Assembly (NCBI GenBank): GCA_964016885.1
Contig: OZ024744.1
Coordinates: forward strand, 76,012,001-76,076,000
DNA: 64,000 bases
From: Eledone cirrhosa
Taxonomy: Eukaryota
Direction: 5' to 3'
The translations under genes and the position numbers were made by a program. The notes under the pieces were generated by a model, which had not been told where the DNA came from, did no database searches, and worked only from the letters and a program-made list of their open reading frames with translations. Positions 55,175 through 64,000 of the stretch are shown in pieces (positions within the stretch are counted from its first letter, which is position 1; each line of letters begins with the position of its first letter).

Positions 55175-55183
<9 letters not shown>
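54606..55183 (+). mobile_element. Non-coding hammerhead-containing element: 511-bp unit plus 67-bp terminal direct repeat (retrozyme-like)
   Basis: GGCTCAGAAATATTTCC...CTTAATAATATA is identical at 54606-54672 and 55117-55183. Both flanks are (TA)n and a hammerhead lies inside. Confidence 0.75.
54821..54948 (+). ncRNA. Type I hammerhead ribozyme with extended stem III
   Basis: GATGTTTA-CTGAGGA-GAG...CTC-GAAA-CATATTTGGATTTTAAAGT...ATTTTGAAATTTAAATGTG-TC-TAAACATC: perfect 8-bp stem I, ~20-bp stem III with G.U pairs, GUC triplet at 54938-54940. Confidence 0.85.
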
Positions 55184-55250
<67 letters not shown>

Positions 55251-55259
<9 letters not shown>

Positions 55260-55660
55260 TAAAAGGAAAAGAAAGTGCTGACAAATTTTTCCCAGTGAAA
55301 AATAGTTTAATTAGGAATAAGTAAAAATTAGTAATAAGTATTGGTTAGTATTCACTTTTAGTTTTAAATTTTAAGATTTTACCGGTTGCGCATTTTTAAT
55401 AGTTTTCAAAATTAATTTTGACATAGAGAGCCCGTGATGTTTGCTCTAATCTGATTAGAGCAAACATCACGGGTGCTCTACCTCAACACTATTTTTGAAA
55501 ACCATTAGAAATGCGCAACCGGTAAAATCTTAAAACTTAAAACTAAAACTGAATACTAACCAATACTTATTACTAATTTTTACTTATTCCTAATTAAACT
55601 ATTTTCCACTGGGAACTGGGAAAACTTTGTCAGCATTTTCTTTTCCTTTTACTAATATAT
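55251..55660. repeat. ~410-bp fold-back palindrome centred on 55452
   Basis: Perfect 21-bp inner arms CCCGTGATGTTTGCTCTAATC-T-GATTAGAGCAAACATCACGGG, extending imperfectly ~200 bp each way to TTAGTAAAAGGAAAAG / CTTTTCCTTTTACTAA. Confidence 0.95.
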
Positions 55661-55690
55661 CACAACTCGTGTGTTACACCTCTATTCTTT

Positions 55691-55756
<66 letters not shown>

Positions 55757-55884
55757 GAAGTTCTATTTAAATTGTTGGGATACAACAAGCAAATATTTTT
55801 ATAACTGATATAAAGCACTCAACAAATTATTGGAGTAAAAATACGATATATTAATAAATGGAACTATATTTATAAAACCATATT

Positions 55885-55949
55885 TATTTCATTATACATA
55901 TTTCAAGGACACCAAGTTAAATTATGGTGTGCTTTCATCAGATAAAATA
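55885..55949 (-). ncRNA. Type I hammerhead ribozyme, inverted terminal copy
   Basis: Reverse complement of 57715-57779. Confidence 0.85.
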
Positions 55950-57515
55950 TAATATAGAGCAGTTTTATAAATAAATATTGACATACCCTTAAAGAATGCG
56001 ACCATTTCTGTTGGAAGCTCCCAATTTATTCAGTCGCTGCAGACATAGATTGAACTCAACGTTTAAATATAAATTTAAAATGTAATATATAATTAATTAA
56101 TTCTATTAATATATTGAACCTATCGATAAATCATTAGATTCATTCATTTGACTGCTTAAACTCAAGTTAAAAATTTTTTCTTCCTAAGTATAAATAAAAA
56201 TACAAAACTCTTCTAGAGAAACATACTGAAAGCTCTTAAAAGGGGAAAATATTTTATTTGAAAGTTACTCCTATTTTTGAAAGTTTCTGTTTTGAAAGTC
56301 TCTCTTTCTTTTCCTTATGGCTATAAAATTAAGTTAAACATACGAAGAACATTTTTATACTGAATCTATTAAACATATTATTATTTTAAAATTATAACTT
56401 GAAATATTCTATAATATTTTTAAAAATTATATTGATTTAAAGTTATATTGTTTATAATTATATTTCCAAATCGTAATATAATTCCTTTTTATTTTTATTT
56501 TATTTTATTTTATTTTATTTTATTTTATTTTATTTTATTTTATATATATTATGTACTTCAATTATACTATGTACTGTATTTATATATCTCTCTCTCTATA
56601 TGTATGTGTGTATATATATATGTATGTATATATATATATATATATGTGTGTGTATGTATGTATATATATATGTGTGATGCATATCTACCTATATGTGTAA
56701 GTAAGTCTATGTGTATCTATGTGGGGATTGTGTGTATATATATGCATACAAATCGATTGCACTCGTTTATAAGGATTTTCTTAAGATTCGTGATAATCAA
56801 ACCTATATAATAACAGTCACAACTACATAACAGGTGGATTTATTAGATATAAAACTTATATTTAAAAAAATTTGTATAATAACATAAGGTGTGTATAACC
56901 TAAAATTTCCTTTACTATCTTAACATTTGTAACATTTAATATAAGTAAATAACTTAATTTCTTTCACGAGGTTTTGATATTCTCTGTTTTTTCTAAGATT
57001 TTCTCCGAAAAATCTATAAGTTTATGAAAATTCCTATATCTTAAATAAAAAAAATCCTTTATAGTTTGTATGTATATGTATATATATGTAGGTGTATGTA
57101 TATATATTTATATGTATATATATGTGTGCGTATGTATATATATGAATATATTCTTTTAATAATATATAGATTTTTTAATAATATATAGATCTCAATTTTT
57201 AATGTATAGATCTCAATAATTTAAATGATAAACTAAACATTTAATCATATTTAAACAATGGTTAAAATTCTCCTATTATGTATGTATTTTCCATTCACGG
57301 TTATTTACACTTCTCTATTCATCCATTAAATATTTATTCTTTCACTTCATCTCGAAAGTTAAGATAATACAACAACCTATCACTTAGAGCTTTCGCTTTC
57401 TCTTTTCTTTTTTCTTTTCTCTCTCTCTCCTTTTCTTATTTTCCTCTTAGAGTTTGCTCTTTTTTCTCTATTTCTCTTTTTTCTATCTCTCTTTTTTTTC
57501 TCTCTCTCTCTTTTT

Positions 57516-57547
<32 letters not shown>

Positions 57548-57714
57548 CATAACCCAACGGCTTATTTAAATCTACTCTGATTTTAAAATATCCAAAACTA
57601 ATTTACATATTAGTATAAAAAAATTTATAACCCCACTATCCGGGAGCTTCCAACAGAAATGGTCGCATTCTTTAAGGGTATGTCAATATTTATTTATAAA
57701 ACTGCTCTATATTA

Positions 57715-57779
57715 TATTTTATCTGATGAAAGCACACCATAATTTAACTTGGTGTCCTTGAAATATGTATAATGAAATA
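57715..57779 (+). ncRNA. Type I hammerhead ribozyme, Penelope-like element terminus
   Basis: TATTTTAT-CTGATGA-AAGCACACCA taatttaact TGGTGTCCTT-GAAA-TATGTAT-A-ATGAAATA. Predicted cleavage is 3' of 57771. Confidence 0.85.
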
Positions 57780-57820
57780 AATATGCTTTTATAAATATAG
57801 TTTCCATTTGTTAATATATC

Positions 57821-57879
<59 letters not shown>

Positions 57880-57969
57880 CATATATGTAGGAGGTGAGTT
57901 TTATTGTAGCACAATAAAGCAATGCAAATATCGGATAAGTAGCACTCAACAGTTCATTGGACTCAACAG

Positions 57970-58033
57970 TTTATTGATGAGAACGCAAATATCGTCCCAG
58001 GATGATATTTGTTTTTGAAATGCGCATAATAAA
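57970..58033 (+). ncRNA. Degenerate hammerhead (core C missing)
   Basis: TTTAT-TGATGA-GAACGCAAATATCGTC ccag GATGATATTTGTTTTT-GAAA-TGCGCAT-A-ATAAA: long stem II and palindromic stem III AUGCGCAU. Confidence 0.6.
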
Positions 58034-58074
58034 ATACATGGAACTTTTTTAACCATCTTTTAATTTCTTCTTAT

Positions 58075-58135
<61 letters not shown>

Positions 58136-58163
58136 AAAACATATATATGTATATATAAATATA

Positions 58164-60030
58164 GGGGCCATTGAGAAAATCAAACTCAACCCCAAAGAGC
58201 TTTTCTCATTCGCTAAAAAACACAAGGTCACCGTCTCTACTATTGGCCCCCTAGTTGATGAAAATGATACACTCCATGACAATGCCCCAAACCATGGGCG
58301 AGATACTGCAGAAACAATACTGCTCTGGTTTCAGCAACCCTGATATGGTCGATCTGGGCCGTATCAGTGATATTAACCCCCAACACACTATATCAGACAT
58401 AACGTTTGTCGCCCCTGATGTCTTAGCGGCAATAAACGAAATTAAACACAATTCAGCAGTAGGCTCCGACAGGTTCCCTGCTTGTGTCCTGAAGGTGTGT
58501 CGACTCCAACTTGCAACTCCTCTTGCTAATCTGTGGAGGAACTCACTGGACACTGGCTATATTCCTGAAAACTTTCTGTCCCAGTCCGTTGTCCCAGTCT
58601 TCAAAAAGGGAAATAAGTTCCTTGCAGTGAACTACCGTCCGATCTCACTCACCTCTCATATTATCAAGGTATTTGAGAGAGTGGTGAGATCACGAATAAC
58701 CCACTTTCTTGAAAGCAACGGCTTGCTGAACTCCAACCAACATGGGTTTCGTAATGGAAGGGACTGCCTAACGCAGCTCCTGCATCACTTTGACGATGTT
58801 TTGAGAGCCTTGGGAGAGGGCTCCAACACTGATGTCATCTACCTTGATTTCAGCAAGACCTTCGACAGGGTTGATCATAAGATTCTACTGAAAAAAACTA
58901 TCCAATGTTGGTGTCTCTGGAAGGTTACTACAGTGGATCAAATGTTTCCTGTCAGGCAGAACCCAGCATGTTGTAGTCGAAGGACTAAAATCAAGCCCTG
59001 CCAAAGTCAGCAGTGGTGTCCCACAAGGCACTGTGTTGGGCCCACTTCTTTTCATCATCTACATTAATGACATTACTGACATCATCAAACACAGTAACAT
59101 CAGAATCTTCGCAGGGTCATCAATGAGGTGGGTCGCCGGACTTGCCTTCAGTCACACCTACTAGCTGTTATCCAATGGGCAGAAATGAATAATATGCTGT
59201 TGAATGAGGATAAATTTGAACTAATCCACTTTGGAAAAAAGGATGCCCTGAAACTACCATACTCTCTTCCTTCGGGTGAAACTCTAGTCGATTCCAATAA
59301 CACCAGAGACCTGGGAGTAATTGTGGACAACAATATAAGCTGGCCCACTCATATAAATAGCAAAGTTGAAATGGCCCGCAGAATGTGTTCCTGGATTCTC
59401 AGAACTTTCCAGTCGAGAGATATCCACATTCTTGTCCTTCTCTTCTCCACGTTTGCCCGACCCCACCTTGAATACTGTTGTTCACAGTGGTCATCCCACA
59501 CGAAACAAAGTATCATGAAAGTTGAAGCATCCCAAAGGTCAATTACAAAAAGATAGTTGGCATAACAGGCCTTGACTATTGGGGTCGATTAGAAAAGCTC
59601 AAAATTTATTTTCTTCAACGTCGCCGTGAGCGCTACATTATCTGTATGATGTGGAAAATATTCCATCAGCTTAGCCCAAATGATGTTGGCATCACCTTTA
59701 GTGTACACCCAAGGGTTGGGCCCCGTGCTATCCGCCCACGACAAAAATCCCACTCGCATCACATAACAACAATACGGCACTATTATTTCACCTCAATTGG
59801 CCCTGCTCCCTTTAACATTACACCCAAACACCTCAAAACAGAAACATACCCCGTCAGGTTCAAGAAGTCTTTGGATACATTCCTTCAAGAAATCCCGGAT
59901 AAGCCCCCTACACACGGATATGCCTCCGTAAACAATAACTCTCTGCTCGAGTGGGCCATGGTGCCCAAACACTGATTTGTAAGACTTCGCCAGGTGATGC
60001 TATTAAGTTAGACATGGCCTGGGCCAATAA
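58164..60030 (+). mobile_element. 5'-truncated CR1-clade LINE, ORF2 reverse transcriptase pseudogene
   Basis: NYRPISLTSHIIKVFER, QHGFRNGRDCLTQLL, DVIYLDFSKTFDRVDH, SGVPQGTVLGPLLF after a frameshift, FADD destroyed by a deletion near 59113, RDLGVIVD, RPHLEYC. The frame stops at 59975. Confidence 0.92.
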
Positions 60031-60423
60031 TGACCTTTTAAGCGTAACTTTCCGTATTTATTATTACTATGTAATATTGATTGTTATTCTGGTATCATAT
60101 CTCTGTTTTTAGCCTAAGAAAATACCTGTATGCATGTATAAATAATACATGCATATATTTATTTTTTTAAAAATCTAATTGAGTTCTTCACACGCAAGAT
60201 TAACATTTTTGAAAAAATTAATTGACACACGTGCATATTATTTTAAATCCTTGTGTTTCCCGATTACCTCCCCTTTCCGCTTGAAGACAGTGTGAGACTC
60301 CTCATTCTGAGACTGCTGGAATTTCAAATTTGGCGGTCATTCTCATACGGAGAGAGACAACCGCTGACATGGGATTAAAACATCGGTAAGAAAAGTTTTT
60401 TTTATATCGATGTTTGACGGGCA

Positions 60424-60545
60424 TCCACTGATGATTTATAAGTGCCCACCTGCATATATTCCTACGGAATGTTGTGAAGGCTTCTACATAACCCGGACAC
60501 ATTCTCCCAACTTGTAGAAAACTTATAATGAAACAATTGTTTGGA
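60424..60545 (+). ncRNA. Type I hammerhead ribozyme with a ~77-nt insert in stem II
   Basis: TCCA-CTGATGA-T TTATAAGT...ACTTATAA T-GAAA-CAATTGT-T-TGGA: 8-bp stem II closed by U.U, palindromic stem III ACAAUUGU, GUU triplet. Confidence 0.75.
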
Positions 60546-60601
60546 AAAGGATATATATTTTAATTATGTCTCATATAAAATAATACTACTGGTCTTCCGC
60601 A

Positions 60602-60727
60602 AAATACATATAGTTAGCACCCCAAACGTAAAATTGGGATTATACTAAGGTATATCCTAATGTTTGTTGAGTGAGATGGAAGCGAGTCAGAGTATAGCTT
60701 AAGGCTTTCTCTGTTAATGTATTGAAT

Positions 60728-60771
<44 letters not shown>

Positions 60772-61170
60772 CAAATAACGAAACGAAATTAAATTTCGTT
60801 TCGTTTGTAACTCACTTTTGTATGACTGACGCTTAAACAATTAAGTTAAAGATGTACATCCATATATGTATACTGAAATACTAGTATGTATATGAATACA
60901 CACACGTATACATATGTAGATGTACCAAGTTTTTTCACTGGTCACTTTACTGTGAGTGGCCAGCTATTCTGTATGTAAACACACAGACAAACCGGTTTTT
61001 AGAGTCATACTGGTTTTTCAGGAAACACCTTTCCTCTATTCTCTAGAAAGCCAGACAAGGAATATTGAACTAGTTTCGTTGTTGTTACAACTCATCAGCA
61101 ATATTTACCTATCTTCCGGCCTCTCTAGAGAATCGTAAAAGCACATATCGTTATATGCTTTAACTTAATT

Positions 61171-61261
<91 letters not shown>

Positions 61262-61271
61262 TATATATAGG

Positions 61272-61306
<35 letters not shown>

Positions 61307-61335
61307 ATATGTATATATATATGTATATATGTATA

Positions 61336-61418
<83 letters not shown>

Positions 61419-61477
61419 ATATATATATATATATTGTTATACTTTGGGAGGGTCATGTTGCCAAATTCAGAAACGAA

Positions 61478-61550
<73 letters not shown>

Positions 61551-61676
61551 ATTCAATACATTAACAGAGAAATCCTTAAGCTATACTCTGACTGGCTTCC
61601 ATCTCACTCAACAAACATTAGGATATACCTTAGTATAATCCCAATTTTACGTTTGGGGTGCGAACTATATGTATTT
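60602..61676. repeat. 130-bp inverted repeat pair (60602-60731 / 61547-61676) enclosing (TA)n tracts and a hammerhead element
   Basis: AAATACATATAGTT.GCACCCCAAACG...ATTGAATATTG and its near-exact reverse complement. Confidence 0.93.
61061..61105 (-). ncRNA. Minimal type I hammerhead ribozyme, fully canonical
   Basis: AATATTG-CTGATGA-GTTGT aaca ACAAC-GAAA-CTAGT-T-CAATATT: perfect 7-bp stem I, 5-bp stem II, palindromic stem III. Confidence 0.9.
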
Positions 61677-61781
61677 ATTATAATTTATTATAATGCTCGG
61701 TGTGTTTGTAAACAAACATCCCACATTAAGCCGTAGTGTCTAGCAACCATCGTTGCTCGTTTGTTCAACACTGACAAAGGA

Positions 61782-61824
61782 ACGCTGTACTAATTTCAAG
61801 CCCATCAGCCATCGTCAGCAACGT
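61782..61824 (-). ncRNA. Minimal type I hammerhead ribozyme, homologue of 54439-54481
   Basis: ACGTTG-CTGACGA-TGGCT gatg GGCTT-GAAA-TTAGT-A-CAGCGT. The flanks 61684-61831 align with 54342-54488. Confidence 0.72.
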
Positions 61825-61831
61825 AAACCTT

Positions 61832-62608
<777 letters not shown>

Positions 62609-62629
62609 GAGAGAGATGGATAGATAGAT

Positions 62630-63590
62630 AAATTTCTTTATTAGCCACAAGGGCACAAAAGAAGGGGACAAATACAAATGGGGAGTTTACATGCAGGTAT
62701 ATGAAAATAAAACTATTAATAAAATAACAAATAACAATTGATATCCCCAATAGGGGGGAGGTCTTACACAGGGGTTTTACACACCTCGAAAAAATGTACA
62801 ACCCTCATCTCCAGGAGCAACAAGAGTGAGTACTCCCTTCCTCTCTTCCTCTTTTTCCTCAACCTATAGGCTTATATAGAGAGAAGGCCCAACCACTCGG
62901 GCCATCTTTGCCACATTCACCCACCTTTTATAAAACTTGCTGGGGTACAGCACCTCTCTCTCCATCCTGATTCTTCTTCCAAAATGATATTTGAAAAAAC
63001 GAATCAGTTGCTCGCCGGAGAGAAAGGTGTCTGACCTCAGCCCTTTTGACCTCGTCCACCATATATCCTCTTTCACCAGAGCCATAACACATAGGAAAAC
63101 CGCCTCTCCTTCGTGTTTGAAGGAGGGTGGCAGTTTGATCATGACAATGGACTCTGTGGTCAACTGGATTGGTCCCACCCGCGACAATAGTCGTTCTACA
63201 TAGCCCCACAGGTCGGTAAAGCCCGGGCAGTGTATAAATTCGTGCCCCACGGTTTCTTCGTCGCGCACGCATCTCGGACAGATCTTTTTCGAAGGGTCCC
63301 TACCCGGGCGCCCATGTCTGTAGAGCTTGTCTCGAACTGGTAGAGCTCCTCGGTAGCACTGCCAGGCCAGTGACTTTTGGAAGTTGTCCATTGGTCCCGG
63401 GCGGATGGTCCTACCGAACAGACTGGCCAGTTCGTTCTCCTCTACGCCTCGAGTTTCTCCGAGCGTGTCGTCGCACTTGCTGCGGACCAACCCTCTATAG
63501 AATGTCGAAGTGGAGTCTCCACTGACCGCCGGGTCCGTTTGCTATAGGACTGAGCGCCTGAGCACATTCGATGTGCCAGTCGCCCATAGA
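62630..63590 (-). mobile_element. 3' end of an L1/Tx1-clade LINE (zf-RVT domain) in an (ATCT)n microsatellite
   Basis: ORF 62864-63490: KSLAWQCYRGALPVRDKL..CPRC...ETVGHEFIHC..LW...IWWTR. The 3' UTR ends AATAAAGAAATTT followed by (ATCT)n, and (GATA)-rich sequence lies on both flanks. Confidence 0.82.
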
Positions 63591-63811
63591 TAAACAGATA
63601 GATATATAGATAGATAGATATAGATACAGATATAGATATGGATATAGATATATAGATATATGTCCAGGGACTGTAACGTTAAGTTACTGTAGGTTTACCC
63701 AGGTGAACATCGATGTTTAGATTCAAGTCAGTAGCGAGATGTAGAGCTAAACAGAGTGTAATTACAATAATATAAGGACGATTTGTTAAGCCTTCATTAC
63801 GTTTATTGTTT

Positions 63812-63898
63812 GGTGACGCGCGTTTCGTTAATGATCAGCTCAAGTTTCGATCTGTATCGATCTGGCCCGACTCTGGAATCAAAAGCTCATCGGACCTC
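63812..63898 (-). ncRNA. Degenerate type I hammerhead (family shared with 45523-45615)
   Basis: GAGGT-CCGATGA-G...~60 nt...C-GAAA-CGCGCGT-C-ACC: palindromic stem III and GUC triplet, with one core mutation (CUGA to CCGA). Confidence 0.65.
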
Positions 63899-63919
63899 TG
63901 CTTTTGTAATGACAGAATA

Positions 63920-64000
<81 letters not shown>

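Larger units (their letters stand above)
55844..57821 (+). mobile_element. 5'-truncated Penelope-like copy with its 3' 180 bp duplicated in inverted orientation at the 5' end
   Basis: 56023-56085 encodes NLFSRCRHRLNSTFKYKFKM*, the end of the GIY-YIG ORF. 55844-56022 is a near-perfect reverse complement of 57642-57821. TA lies on both flanks. Confidence 0.88.

Noticed and set aside
55445-55525. Hammerhead at the palindrome centre (CTGATTAG...GAAATGCGCA)
   Set aside because: The core is non-canonical and stem II does not close next to GAAA.
55844-57821. MITE or fold-back DNA transposon
   Set aside because: The interior is Penelope ORF end plus 3' region, the inverted ends contain hammerheads, and the sister copy has only one end.
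60276-60345. Additional hammerhead (TTGAAGA...AGAC...GTC)
   Set aside because: Both core boxes are mutated and no stem I partner follows the GUC. At most a relic.

Overview
AT-rich eukaryotic repeat DNA. The SINE, microsatellite and LINE repertoire suggests a cephalopod or other mollusc (inference). No host gene is supported. Bases 1-40561 are one tandem array of a 49-bp satellite (~830 copies) with kb-scale internal duplications. Its minus strand runs straight out of a decayed R4/Dong-type retrotransposon, and the monomer translates as the next stretch of that element's restriction-like endonuclease (TVP(L/I)DIDVSVNTYQQ), so the satellite appears to have grown from LINE coding sequence. Bases 40562-64000 are nested mobile elements in microsatellites: tRNA-derived SINEs, two non-autonomous Helitrons (one carrying a Tc1/mariner element), a MITE, RTE, R4/Dong, CR1 and L1/Tx1 remnants, and two copies of a Penelope-like element. 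One Penelope copy keeps an open 200-codon GIY-YIG frame that the ORF track missed. About eleven type I hammerhead ribozyme motifs from several families lie between 45.5 and 63.9 kb. One sits in a 511-bp unit with 67-bp terminal redundancy that resembles a retrozyme copied from circular RNA. Most long ORFs in the supplied track are microsatellite artefacts. All alignments and folds were done by eye.
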